A DNA stretch of 64,000 nt from Cyclobacteriaceae bacterium (GCA_012033595.1 JAAUQL010000012.1:7208-71207), one strand, 5' to 3'. Shown: positions 48,418-59,034, numbered from the stretch's first letter. Made by a program: numbers and translations. Notes: generated by a model from the letters alone, not told the origin.

Positions 48418-49920
48418 ATGAAACTAAGCGTATATTTGCAGTTTACACTAATCATTATTTCTTTTGGTATGCCGGCATACGCCCAGCTGGAAACTGCTCA
48501 CTGGTTTTTTGGCAAGAAAGGCCTTAATTTTCAGCAATTACCTCCACAGCTGATCACCAACCACAATGTTTTAAGAGCCGACCAACCTGTGGTATTGAGC
48601 GACCCCGGTACAGGTGATTTGCTGTTTTATAGTGACGGCAACATGGTATGGAACCGGAATCATACCGCTATGTCAAATGGATACAATTTGCAAGGTCATT
48701 CACATACTAGCGGACATTCTTATTTAGCGGTACCGTTTCCCGACGATGCAGATAGGTATTATCTGTTCACCATGAGTTATTTTGGGGAAGCAAAACATGG
48801 AGGCTTAAGTGTTTTTTCCTTGTATTATTCGGAGATCGATATGGACCGTAACAATGGCCTGGGCGAAGTAACACAGAAAAACATGCATGTGTTTGACAGT
48901 CTTGGAAGTGTTATAACGGCTATCCCCTTCGCCAATCGGCAGGGTTATTGGCTCATTGCCACCAAAACTGAAGAGGAACATTGCTTTGTGATATGGCCGG
49001 TTACTGCAGTAGGCATCGGAAACCCGGTAAAGCAATGCACCGGCCTACGCCCCTTAAATACTGCAATGACTTTCAATCCAAGAATGAAACCCTCGCCCGA
49101 TGGAAAGATGCTGGCCCTGTCTCATCATATACTCGGTACCGGGCCGTTGTATTTGTGCCGTTTCAATGATACTACCGGCATTGTATCTGAACCCCTAGCC
49201 ATAGGGAATTTGGGATGGCAAGGTGGTATCTCATTTTCACCAGACAGCAAACAGCTATATGTTGCAGCCTTGGATTCTACGACCTTACCTGGCTATGATC
49301 CTAACCTACATAATGTCTTGCACCAGTTTGATGTGAGTACCTACGATTCTCTTGCCATAGCTCGGACCTTAGCCTCAATAACCATACCCCATTTTCACTT
49401 CAATTTTGATCGAGTAGGTGATCTTCAATTGGGCTTAGATGGAAAACTGTATGCTTCAAGAATGTTTAGGCTTTCTGATAACCAAGCCACATCCCGTAGG
49501 TTTTTGGCCATAATCCAGGATCCAAACCAGCCTGGATTTAACAGCCAAATAAGATATGAGTCATTTCAAGGACAATATCCGTTACATTCCACTTTTCCCA
49601 ATTTTATGTCGCATTACTTCGAAGGGCTCACACCACAGGGAGGGAGCCCCGTCACTGATGCGCCTTGCCAAACGGCCAGAGCCTACTCCCTTTACCCCAA
49701 TCCCACGGATACAGATATAGCGATCAGCGTATCGGAGGAGTGCTTTCAACCCTACATATTGAGTATCTATAATGCAGTCGGACAATTGTTGCTTGATAAT
49801 TATCGTGTAAATGAGCAGGCCAGTGAAACCATAGAAGTAAGCGCTCTGGCCAGTGGTGTGTACTTTGCGGTAATATCCGCAGAAGGGAAAAAAATTGGAA
49901 AAAAGTTTGTGAAGCGATAG
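48418..49920 (+). CDS. T9SS type A sorting-domain protein (probable beta-propeller N-terminal region)
   Basis: 500 aa with a signal peptide. The C-terminal ~80 aa (YSLYPNPTDTDIAISV...LASGVYFAVISAEGKKIGKKFVKR) is the Por secretion tail pattern. Confidence 0.7.
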   Translation: MKLSVYLQFTLIIISFGMPAYAQLETAHWFFGKKGLNFQQLPPQLITNHNVLRADQPVVLSDPGTGDLLFYSDGNMVWNRNHTAMSNGYNLQGHSHTSGHSYLAVPFPDDADRYYLFTMSYFGEAKHGGLSVFSLYYSEIDMDRNNGLGEVTQKNMHVFDSLGSVITAIPFANRQGYWLIATKTEEEHCFVIWPVTAVGIGNPVKQCTGLRPLNTAMTFNPRMKPSPDGKMLALSHHILGTGPLYLCRFNDTTGIVSEPLAIGNLGWQGGISFSPDSKQLYVAALDSTTLPGYDPNLHNVLHQFDVSTYDSLAIARTLASITIPHFHFNFDRVGDLQLGLDGKLYASRMFRLSDNQATSRRFLAIIQDPNQPGFNSQIRYESFQGQYPLHSTFPNFMSHYFEGLTPQGGSPVTDAPCQTARAYSLYPNPTDTDIAISVSEECFQPYILSIYNAVGQLLLDNYRVNEQASETIEVSALASGVYFAVISAEGKKIGKKFVKR

Positions 49921-50068
49921 TTGTAATATGGCAATCTTCAATGTTATATCAACTTGACAGGTTCTAGTCTATTGATTTCATTTAAAAAATTGAACAGTTT
50001 GCTATATGATTTGAGGAAACCAAAATTCAAAAAATTAAATAGATCGCAATGTAATAGATAAAATTTAG

Positions 50069-50743
50069 TTAAATCTTACTCGCCTCAAAGATAAAAGAGA
50101 ACAGAACAATATTGTTCAGGTATGACTTCAAATGACGCCGAAGGTGTTTCAAAGCTTTGGTAATTTGTTTTTCTACCACTTTTTTTGAAATATTCAGATG
50201 CCTGGCAATCTCTATATAGCTCATTTCCCCTGAACGGCTTAGATTAAAGATTAATTTGCACTTGGGAGGCAATGAATCTATTGCCAGCTTGGCCAAGCGC
50301 TCCAGGTCTTCGCGTTCTAACGAATCTTGTCCAAGATTTCTGGTGATTTCATCGATGGCTTGCAAGGGAAGGACATTTCGTGTTTTTCGGTTGTCTCGAA
50401 GATAATTAAGGGAACGGTTAACTACAGCTCTCGCAAGGAAAGGTGCAATTGGATCTTTAAGTCCTAGTCGATGACGTTTTGTCCAAATATTTAAAAACAT
50501 CTCCTGAACTATATCCTTGGCGGCTTCATTGTCCCCGACAATTTTAAAGGCCACTCTGATCATCCGATCAAAGTACAAATCATATAACAAATTAATGGAC
50601 TGCACATGATTTTTGCGCAACAATTCGAGGATGTCTTCATCACCTTTTTTGAAATGATCTGCCAACAAAGTATGGTTTTTAAAAATTTGTTTCCAATACA
50701 ATAAAGATAGGATAATTTCACATAAGTGTAGTTTATGGATCAT
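50069..50743 (-). CDS. ECF-type RNA polymerase sigma-70 factor without an adjacent anti-sigma gene
   Basis: 224 aa. Region 2 is AAKDIVQEMFLNIWTKRHRL...APFLARAVVNRSLNYLRD. Region 4 is KCKLIFNLSRSGEMSYIEIARHLNISKKVVEKQITKALKHLR. The start codon choice is uncertain. Confidence 0.8.
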   Translation of the reverse strand: MIHKLHLCEIILSLLYWKQIFKNHTLLADHFKKGDEDILELLRKNHVQSINLLYDLYFDRMIRVAFKIVGDNEAAKDIVQEMFLNIWTKRHRLGLKDPIAPFLARAVVNRSLNYLRDNRKTRNVLPLQAIDEITRNLGQDSLEREDLERLAKLAIDSLPPKCKLIFNLSRSGEMSYIEIARHLNISKKVVEKQITKALKHLRRHLKSYLNNIVLFSFIFEASKI

Positions 50744-51267
50744 GATTTCAAAATACGTTACTCTAGATTGAGTTAAGTGGAATCAAGTTACCTTCCAAAA
50801 CACATACACCTTTCATTACAATGGACACCATTTAACATTTTCGTCAACAAGCGGAACAATACCATTTTTAACGTAGACCATGTTTTAGATTATCTGGAAA
50901 TTTGCCCACCATTTCCTGTGTTGCTGAAAAGGGTTTTTAGGTAAAAATGGATTTTTGAGAAGGAAGATTGCAATTAAAAGACCTTGCTCTGTACAATTCA
51001 AATCAGTTCTAAATGCTAAACTCCACTAGTTTCGCTTCTCAGTTGACACTCCGAATAAAACTTATTGTCCTTAGTTGACTATGTCGTCAGAAATTCTAAA
51101 AGGACAAATATATTAAGCAACAGTTTATGGAAATGCAGACATTGACGGGATTGAATAAAAATGCATGAAATATTTAAGCTATAAGCTTTGAAATTAAAAT
51201 TATATCCCACACTTTTGTTTTCGCTTAAATCAGCAGAATAAAATTTTAAAATTTATATATTATTTAA

Positions 51268-51333
51268 ATGAAAGTATTGTCTTCTATAGTAGTTCTAGTC
51301 CTTTCTGTCGTGGTCCTAATTAGCGGTGCATGA
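51268..51333 (+). CDS. branched-chain amino acid leader peptide of the ilv-leu operon (21 aa)
   Basis: Own reading: ATG AAA GTA TTG TCT TCT ATA GTA GTT CTA GTC CTT TCT GTC GTG GTC CTA ATT AGC GGT GCA TGA = MKVLSSIVVLVLSVVVLISGA. 14 of the 21 residues are Val/Leu/Ile. It lies immediately upstream of a terminator and ilvD. Confidence 0.7.
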   Translation: MKVLSSIVVLVLSVVVLISGA

Positions 51334-51365
51334 AGTGAAAGGTATGCTATAGTCACAAAAAACTG

Positions 51366-51398
51366 AAACCTTTCTCCAAAACAGAAAGGTTTTTTTTT
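51366..51398 (+). terminator. attenuator terminator of the ilv leader
   Basis: AAACCTTTCT (51366-51375) pairs with AGAAAGGTTT (51383-51392). This is a 10-bp stem with a 7-nt loop, and the T-run continues to 51398, 8 nt before the ilvD ATG. Confidence 0.75.
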
Positions 51399-51406
51399 AA
51401 TCTAAT

Positions 51407-53082
51407 ATGAAAATGGATATAAACAAGTACAGTAGTAAAATTACCCAGGACGAGAGCCTTCCCGCCGCACAGGCCATGCTTTATGCCATAGGCATGAAAG
51501 ATGCGGACATGAAAAAAGCCCAGATCGGAATAGTGAGCACAGGATACCAGGGCAATCCTTGCAATATGCACCTCAACGGCCTGGCCGATCGCATTAAGCA
51601 GGGCGTCGATCAAAACCCGGGACTTTTAGGATTGATATTTCATACGATTGGTGTAAGCGATGGCATCACCAATGGCACCGAGGGCATGAAATACTCCCTT
51701 CCTTCCAGAGAAATAATTGCTGACTCTATAGAGACCGTAGTGTGTGCTCAATTCTACGATGCGGTAGTTCCGGTGGTAGGTTGCGACAAAAACATGCCCG
51801 GCGCGATGATCGCCATGGGCAGGATAAACCGGCCTGGCATATTGGTATATGGAGGTACGGTAAAAAAAGGATCATGGAAAGGAAAAGACCTCAATATCGT
51901 TTCGGCTTTTGAAGCTTATGGCGAAAAACTGGCAGGTAAAATCAGCGAAGAAGATTATAAAGGAATCATAAAAAACTCCATACCCGGAGCGGGCGCCTGT
52001 GGGGGTATGTACACCGCCAATACCATGGCTGCGGCCATCGAATGCCTGGGCATGAGCTTGCCTTATTCCAGCTCTAACCCGGCCATAAGCGAAGAAAAAG
52101 GACACGAATGTTTTGATATTGGCAGGGCGATCAAACACCTGCTCGAAACAGACCTAAAACCCAGAGACATCATGACCAAGGCATCGTTTGAAAATGCCAT
52201 AGCCCTGATCATGGCCTTGGGCGGCTCTACCAATGCGGTGCTGCATTTATTGGCAATGGCCCGATCGGTGGAAGTAGATCTGAGCATAAACGATTTTCAG
52301 CGCATAAGTGACAAGACACCATTTGTTGCTGACCTGAAACCGAGTGGCGAATATCTGATAGAAGATCTGCACCACGTCGGTGGTGTACCCGGAGTAATGA
52401 AAATGTTGCTCAGAGAAGGCTACTTTGATGGCAACTGCATGACGGTGACCGGCAAGACACTGGGAGAAAACCTGGAGATGATCCAGGATCTGGAAAAGGC
52501 CAGAAAATCATCAGGCCGTTTAGCGACCCCATCAAGCCGGTCGGACATATACAAATACTCTATGGAAACCTGGCAGAAGAAGGTTCTGTGGCCAAAATCA
52601 CCGGCAAAGAAGGTGAATTTTTTACAGGGCCGGCCAAAGTGTTTAATGATGAGTTTGAAGCCATAAAAGGTATAGGTAGCACTGTGCAAAAAGGCGATGT
52701 GATCGTGATCAGGTACAGTGGACCAAAAGGTGCTCCCGGAATGCCTGAAATGCTTAAACCAACAGGAGTAGTGATGGGCGCCGGTCTCGGAAAAGACGTC
52801 GCGCTGATCACCGATGGCAGGTTTTCGGGAGGTTCACATGGATTTGTTGTCGGGCACATCACCCCGGAGGCATCGGAAGGTGGCTTGATTGGACTGCTAA
52901 AAGATGGCGATATCATTACCATTGATGCCAAAAACAACCGCCTTGAAGCCGATGTTTCAGAAGAAGAAATCGCTTTACGCAAGAGTCAGTGGCAAAAACC
53001 AGCTTATAAAGCAAAAACAGGAATTTTAAAAAAGTTTATTGATACCGTTTCCACAGCCTCGACGGGCTGTGTTACAACTTAA
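51407..53082 (+). CDS. ilvD: dihydroxy-acid dehydratase, split by one homopolymer indel
   Basis: ORFs 51407..52666 and 52588..53082. IlvD/Edd motifs are present ([33 protein letters not shown]). One extra base in GGAAAAGG (52504-52509) gives [43 protein letters not shown]. Confidence 0.95.
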
Positions 53083-53093
53083 AATTATCTAAT

Positions 53094-54833
53094 ATGGGAC
53101 AGATGGAAACATTAAAAGAATCATCGACCGGCATCACCAAAAAGAAAATGAGGATTTCAGGGTCTGAAGCTGTAATCTTATCCTTGCTCGAAGAAGGTGT
53201 CGATACAGTGTTTGGTTACCCGGGAGGAGCCATCATGCCGATTTACGATGCGTTGTATGGGTATAAGGAGCAATTGAACCATTATTTGGTCAGGCATGAA
53301 CAAGGCGCTGCACATGCAGCCCAGGGATATGCACGTGTCACCGGAAAAGTTGGTGTATGTTTTGCCACCAGTGGGCCAGGCGCTACCAATCTAATGACGG
53401 GCATAGCCGATGCACAAATAGATTCCACCCCTATTGTGTGCATTACCGGCCAGGTGGTGGCTCATCTGTTAGGTACCGACGCTTTTCAGGAATCTGATAT
53501 TCTGGGCATTTCCATGCCCATCACCAAGTGGAATTTTCAGGTAACAAAAGCAGAAGAAATACCTGCTGCCATAGCCAGGGCATTTTACATAGCAAAAACA
53601 GGAAGGCCGGGGCCGGTGCTTATCGATATTACTAAAAATGCCCAGTCTGCTGAGTTGGATTTTGAGTACACCCCCTGTAAAAAAATCAGGAGCTACCATC
53701 CCTACCCCGTCATACAGGATAAGGACATCATGGATGCGGCAAAAGTGATCAACAATGCCAAAAAGCCATTTTTACTTTCAGGACATGGAGTCTTGATCTC
53801 CGGGGCAGAAAAGGCCGTGCTTGCGCTTTCCGAAAAGGCGAATATCCCCGTAGCTTCTACCCTATTGGGTCTTTCTTCTTTCCCACCAGACCATCCCAAC
53901 TATGTGGGCTATCTGGGAATGCACGGCAATTACGCCCCCAATGTGCTCACCAACGAGTGCGATGTGCTCATTGCCATAGGAATGCGCTTCGATGACCGGG
54001 TGACCGGCGACGTAAACCAATATGCCAAAAAGGCCAAGGTGGTACATATAGAGATAGACCCGGCTGAAATTGACAAGATTATTAAAACTGAAGTTGCCAT
54101 CAATGCCGATGCCAACCAGGCTCTTGAGTGCCTGTTGCCATATATCAACAAGGCCGACCATAGTGAGTGGATCAATGAATTTAGAAAACTCGATAAAATA
54201 GAGTATGACAAGGTCATTAAAAACGACCTATACCCCACCAGCGATAAAATAAAAATGGGGGAAGTAGTGCGTCTGATCTCAGAAATATCTAAAGGAGAAG
54301 CCATAGTGGTGACGGATGTAGGCCAGCATCAGATGATAGCCAACCGCTACTATAAATACAAGAAGCCCAACCATATCGTTACCTCCGGTGGTTTGGGCAC
54401 CATGGGTTTTGCCTTGCCGGCGGCCATGGGGGCGCAGATTGGCAAAATGAAAGAAAAAGTAATATCCATTGCCGGCGATGGTGGTTTTCAAATGACACTT
54501 CAGGAATTAGGAACCATTTTCCAATACAATATCCCGGTAAAGATCGTGGTACTCAACAACAACTTCCTGGGGATGGTAAGGCAATGGCAACAGTTGTTTT
54601 TCAAAAAAAGGTACTCTTTTACTGAGATGACCAACCCTGATTTTATTAAAATTGCAGATGGTTACGGAATAGTTGCCAACCGTGTAGAGCAACGTGAAGA
54701 TCTGGAAAAAGCTTTGCAAACCATGTACGATCATGATGGGCCTTATTTTCTGGAAGTAAAAGTAGAAATGGAAGAGAACGTATTCCCGATGGTACCTTCT
54801 GGGGATTCAGTATCCAATATCCGTTTGGAATAA
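53094..54833 (+). CDS. ilvB: acetolactate synthase (biosynthetic), large catalytic subunit
   Basis: 579 aa. It has a ThDP enzyme N-terminal domain (GYPGGAIMPIYDAL, RHEQGAAHAAQGYARVTGK) and the ThDP-binding motif GDGGFQM...NN. Confidence 0.95.
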   Translation: MGQMETLKESSTGITKKKMRISGSEAVILSLLEEGVDTVFGYPGGAIMPIYDALYGYKEQLNHYLVRHEQGAAHAAQGYARVTGKVGVCFATSGPGATNLMTGIADAQIDSTPIVCITGQVVAHLLGTDAFQESDILGISMPITKWNFQVTKAEEIPAAIARAFYIAKTGRPGPVLIDITKNAQSAELDFEYTPCKKIRSYHPYPVIQDKDIMDAAKVINNAKKPFLLSGHGVLISGAEKAVLALSEKANIPVASTLLGLSSFPPDHPNYVGYLGMHGNYAPNVLTNECDVLIAIGMRFDDRVTGDVNQYAKKAKVVHIEIDPAEIDKIIKTEVAINADANQALECLLPYINKADHSEWINEFRKLDKIEYDKVIKNDLYPTSDKIKMGEVVRLISEISKGEAIVVTDVGQHQMIANRYYKYKKPNHIVTSGGLGTMGFALPAAMGAQIGKMKEKVISIAGDGGFQMTLQELGTIFQYNIPVKIVVLNNNFLGMVRQWQQLFFKKRYSFTEMTNPDFIKIADGYGIVANRVEQREDLEKALQTMYDHDGPYFLEVKVEMEENVFPMVPSGDSVSNIRLE

Positions 54834-54849
54834 CTAAAGCTTTAAAGAA

Positions 54850-55449
54850 ATGACAGATATATATCAAGATTCACCAGAACAGTTGGGCGAAAAGCAATAC
54901 ACCATTTCGATCCTAACCGAAGACAAGCCAGGCTTGCTCAATACAGTCACCATCGTCTTTACCAGGCGCAAGCTAAATATCGACATGATCAACGTTTCTG
55001 CCTCTGAGGTGGCAGGAGTAAGCAGATATACCATTGTGCTCACCACCACCAAAGACCAGGTAGAGAAGGTTGTGAAGCAAATCCGCAAGCATGTGGACGT
55101 GCTCGGCGCCTTTGTGTATGAAGAAGACGCCATACACTACCAGGAAATCGCCCTCTACAAGGTGCCTACAGAAATATTTATGGACAGTGTAGAAGTGGAA
55201 CAAATAGTAAGGGCAAACAATGCCCGAATACTGGTGATAGAGCGCGACTATACCGTAATCGAAAAAACCGGACATAAGGAAGAAACCTCTGCCCTATTCA
55301 ATACATTGAAAAAATATGGGGTATTGGAATTTGTGAGATCAGGCCGGATTGCGGTATCTAAATCAAAAAGAAAAACGGAGGCTTACCTCGAAGAATTGGA
55401 AAATTCAACAACACATAGTTTATATAATAATAACGGAACAGTTAAATAA
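54850..55449 (+). CDS. ilvN: acetolactate synthase small (regulatory) subunit
   Basis: 199 aa. It has an ACT domain N-terminus (YTISILTEDKPGLLNTVTIVFTRRKLNIDMINVS) and sits between ilvB and ilvC. Confidence 0.85.
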   Translation: MTDIYQDSPEQLGEKQYTISILTEDKPGLLNTVTIVFTRRKLNIDMINVSASEVAGVSRYTIVLTTTKDQVEKVVKQIRKHVDVLGAFVYEEDAIHYQEIALYKVPTEIFMDSVEVEQIVRANNARILVIERDYTVIEKTGHKEETSALFNTLKKYGVLEFVRSGRIAVSKSKRKTEAYLEELENSTTHSLYNNNGTVK

Positions 55450-55450
55450 A

Positions 55451-56497
55451 ATGGCAAAAATCAATTTTGGTGGCGTCGAAGAAAACGTAGTGACGCGAGA
55501 TGAATTCCCATTGGAAAAAGCAAGGGAAGTAATGAAAGATGAAACGATAGCTATAATTGGCTATGGCGTGCAAGGTCCCGGACAGGCGCTCAACCTGAAG
55601 GATAATGGTTTTAATGTAATCGTAGGTCAGAGAAAACCTTCTAAGTCTTATGACAAAGCTATGCAAGACGGCTGGGTGCCCGGCAAAACCTTGTTTTCCA
55701 TAGAGGAGGCACTCGAAAAAGGAACCATCATTTTCTACCTGCTCTCTGACGCAGCTCAAATCGCCATGTGGCCCACAGTGAAAAAACACCTCACCGAAGG
55801 AAAATCACTGTATTTTTCTCACGGATTTGGCATTACATACAAAGAAAGAACCGGTATAGTGCCTCCGGAAAATATCGACGTGATGCTAGTTGCCCCCAAA
55901 GGTTCGGGCACCAGCCTGAGAAGACTTTTCGTTGAGGGAAAAGGCCTCAACTCCAGCTTCGCCATCCACCAGGACTACACCGGCAACGCCAGGGAAAAAG
56001 TAGTGGCATTGGGTATCGGTGTGGGATCGGGTTATCTGTTCGAAACCACCTTCAAAAGAGAAGTCTATAGCGACCTTACCGGCGAAAGAGGCACGTTGAT
56101 GGGCGCTATCCAAGGTATATTCGCCGCACAATACGACCTCTTGCGCAGCAAGGGTCACTCTCCTTCTGAGGCATTTAACGAAACAGTGGAAGAGGCTACA
56201 CAATCGCTCTATCCTCTGGTGGCCGAAAACGGCATGGACTGGATGTACGCCAACTGCTCAACCACTGCCCAGCGGGGTGCCCTTGACTGGTGGAAAAAAT
56301 TTAGAGACGCGACCGCTCCTGTATTCAAAGAGTTGTACGAAAGTGTGGCCGCTGGTGAAGAAGCACAAAAATCGATCGATTCCAACAGCCAGGAAGATTA
56401 CAGGGTAAAATTGGAAGCTGAGTTGAAAGAAATGAGGGAATCTGAAATGTGGATTGCCGGTGCTGCGGTCAGGAAATTGAGACCGGAGAATAATTAA
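55451..56497 (+). CDS. ilvC: ketol-acid reductoisomerase (class I)
   Basis: ORF 55349..56497 trimmed to Met35 (MAKINFGG), one nt after the ilvN stop. It has the Rossmann motif IIGYGVQGPGQALNLKDNG and the motifs FSHGF and ERGTLMG. Confidence 0.95.
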   Translation: MAKINFGGVEENVVTRDEFPLEKAREVMKDETIAIIGYGVQGPGQALNLKDNGFNVIVGQRKPSKSYDKAMQDGWVPGKTLFSIEEALEKGTIIFYLLSDAAQIAMWPTVKKHLTEGKSLYFSHGFGITYKERTGIVPPENIDVMLVAPKGSGTSLRRLFVEGKGLNSSFAIHQDYTGNAREKVVALGIGVGSGYLFETTFKREVYSDLTGERGTLMGAIQGIFAAQYDLLRSKGHSPSEAFNETVEEATQSLYPLVAENGMDWMYANCSTTAQRGALDWWKKFRDATAPVFKELYESVAAGEEAQKSIDSNSQEDYRVKLEAELKEMRESEMWIAGAAVRKLRPENN

Positions 56498-56515
56498 TAA
56501 AAATCAATGCATAAG

Positions 56516-56544
56516 TGGAAGGCCATAGCGCCTTCCATATTTTT
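56516..56544 (+). terminator. intrinsic terminator-like hairpin between ilvC and leuA
   Basis: TGGAAGGC (56516-56523) pairs with GCCTTCCA (56530-56537). This is an 8-bp GC-rich stem with a 6-nt loop, followed by TATTTTT. Confidence 0.5.
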
Positions 56545-56567
56545 CAACAACATAAATCATTTACACG

Positions 56568-58069
56568 ATGGCTGATAGATTATATATATTCGATACCACG
56601 CTGAGGGATGGGGAACAAGTACCCGGCTGCCAATTAAATACAGTTGAAAAAATTGAAGTAGCCAAGAGACTCGAAGAACTAGGCGTGGATATAATCGAAG
56701 CCGGCTTTCCTATTTCCAGTCCCGGCGATTTCAATTCCGTGGTAGAAATCTCCAAGGCCGTCACCTGGCCAACCATCTGTGCACTGACCAGAGCAGTAGA
56801 AAAAGATATCGACGTAGCAGCAGATGCTTTGAAATATGCCAAAAAGGGCCGGATTCATACCGGTATTGGCACGTCACCCTACCACATTCAGTACAAACTA
56901 AAATCCAACCAGGAAGAAATCATCGAACGTGCCAAGCGGGCTGTTGCCTACGCCAAAAAGTATGTTGAGGATGTGGAGTTTTATGCTGAAGATGCCGGAA
57001 GGACTGATAATGAATACCTGGCCAGGTGATAGAAGCGGTAATCGCCGCCGGTGCCACTGTTGTGAATATTCCGGATACCACAGGCTATTGCCTGCCCGCA
57101 GACTATGGCGCCAAGATAAAATATCTAGTAGATAATGTTAAAAACATAGATAAAGCCATCATATCCACGCATTGCCACAACGACCTGGGAATGGCCACGG
57201 CCAACTCCATTTCGGGCGTGATCAACGGCGCACGACAGGTTGAAGTCACCATCAACGGCATTGGCGAACGCGCAGGCAATACCTCGCTGGAAGAAGTGAC
57301 CATGATCTTGCGCAGTCACAAAGAATTGGGCATCGACACACAAATCAACTCACAAAATATATATCAGATGAGTCGGTTGGTCTCCAACCTAATGAATATG
57401 CCGGTGCAACCCAACAAGGCAATCGTAGGTCGAAATGCTTTTGCACATTCATCGGGCATCCATCAGGATGGCGTTTTGAAGCACCGCGAAAACTACGAGA
57501 TTATCGATCCCAAAGATGTGGGCATCAACGAATCGAGCATAGTGTTGACTGCACGAAGTGGTCGCGCTGCCCTCAAACACCGTCTGAGCATATTGGGCTT
57601 TGAATTGGAAAAAGAAAAACTTGACGAAGTGTATGAGGAATTTCTGAAACTTGCAGACAAGAAAAAGGACATTAAAGATGAAGACATCACCATGCTGGTG
57701 GGTGATGTGAAAAAAGAAGACCGCAAGTTGAACCTGGAATATTTGCAGGTGGTCACCGGCAAAGGATTGGAACCGATGGCTTCGGTACGCATTTCTATTG
57801 CAGGTGAGTTGTTCGATGCGTCATCTGTAGGCAACGGACCCGTAGATGCGGCGATTAAGGCCATTAAAGTTATCATTAAGAAAAAAGTAATCCTCGAAGA
57901 ATTCCTGATCCAGGCGATTACCCGTGGAAGCGATGACGTGGGCAAAGTGCATATGCAGGTGGCATATAACGATCAGATTTTTTATGGTTTTGGAGCCAAT
58001 ACCGATATAGTCACTGCCTCGGCAGAGGCCTTTATTGATGCGCTCAATAAAATCCCCAGCAAACAATAA
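56568..58069 (+). CDS. leuA: 2-isopropylmalate synthase (LeuA/CimA family, short form), split by one indel
   Basis: ORFs 56568..57029 and 57026..58069. The N-terminus is [26 protein letters not shown] is present, and there is a C-terminal LeuA dimerisation/regulatory domain. One extra G at 57025-57026 gives [27 protein letters not shown]. Confidence 0.9.
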
Positions 58070-58426
58070 CACTTGAGGGCCGTCTAACGGCTCTTTTGTT
58101 TTGATCGCGTGCATGCGCCTCATCTGGCATTCATGCCAAATATTTAGATCTGATTCACCACATCTCTACTATTTCTGATGAGCTTGCTCATGGACTGCAC
58201 CGGCAACTGGGTATTGGATTTGAAGCCATAAAGCCACTTTGTTGACAGTTGGTTCGTTTGTCAATTTAAAAGTCAGAAGGTTGTAGTAGAATTGGGCAAC
58301 AAATAAAAATTCAGACTTGGACTAGAAGCAAGTTTATTGCAATTTTGAACTTTAGCTAGTCTATCACAAAGCTCACATCCCTGGGCAGGCATCTATTTGC
58401 TATCGTCCGGTCAAACAAATTTTGAA

Positions 58427-59034
58427 ATGGAAGAATTTTTCTAGAATCTCTCGGGATCAATGCTACCATATTCAGTTACGTCGTATTGCCCTTGCTTATT
58501 TTCTTTGCACGCATTGCCGATGTTTCCATCAATACCATCAGGATCATCTTTGTGATGAATGGAAATAAGTTTATCTCCACCATACTGGGATTTTTCGAAT
58601 CCTTAATCTGGCTGGTGGCCATAGGGCAAATTTTCCAACATCTCAACAACTGGGTGTCTTATGTAGCCTATCCGGGCGGCTTTGCTATGGGTATTTTGGT
58701 TGGTATGATCATCGAAGAACGAATGGCGCTGGGCAAGGTGGTGGTAAGGGCCATCACCTCAGAAGACCTCACTCGAATATTGAGTTACATGGTAAAACAA
58801 AACATGCGCTACACCGTAATGTCGGGCGAATCGTCAACCGGCAATGAAAACATCGTTTTTACGGTAGTAAAAAGGGATCAATTGCAAAGTCTTATTGACG
58901 AATTTAACGTGTGTCTGCCGCAGGCCATGTACACTGTGGAATCGGTAAAAAAAGCCAGCGAAGCCGGACTGATGCCAGAAAGCCCAAGCCGACGCGGTAT
59001 AGGTTCCTGGCTCAGTTCCATCAAGAGGAAATAG
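58427..59034 (+). CDS. UPF0316 / DUF2179 membrane protein, N-terminus disrupted by one homopolymer indel
   Basis: ORF 58486..59034 starts at TTG. Using ATG at 58427 and adding one T to the T5 run at 58436-58440 gives MEEFFLESLGINATIFSYVVLPLLIFFARIADVSINTIRIIF, a typical family N-terminus. Confidence 0.7.

Noticed and set aside
58124-58137. The TGGCATTCATGCCA palindrome downstream of leuA as a sigma-54 (-24/-12) promoter.
   Set aside because: The -12 element (TTGC) is absent at the correct spacing. It is a simple short palindrome, and no downstream gene starts nearby.
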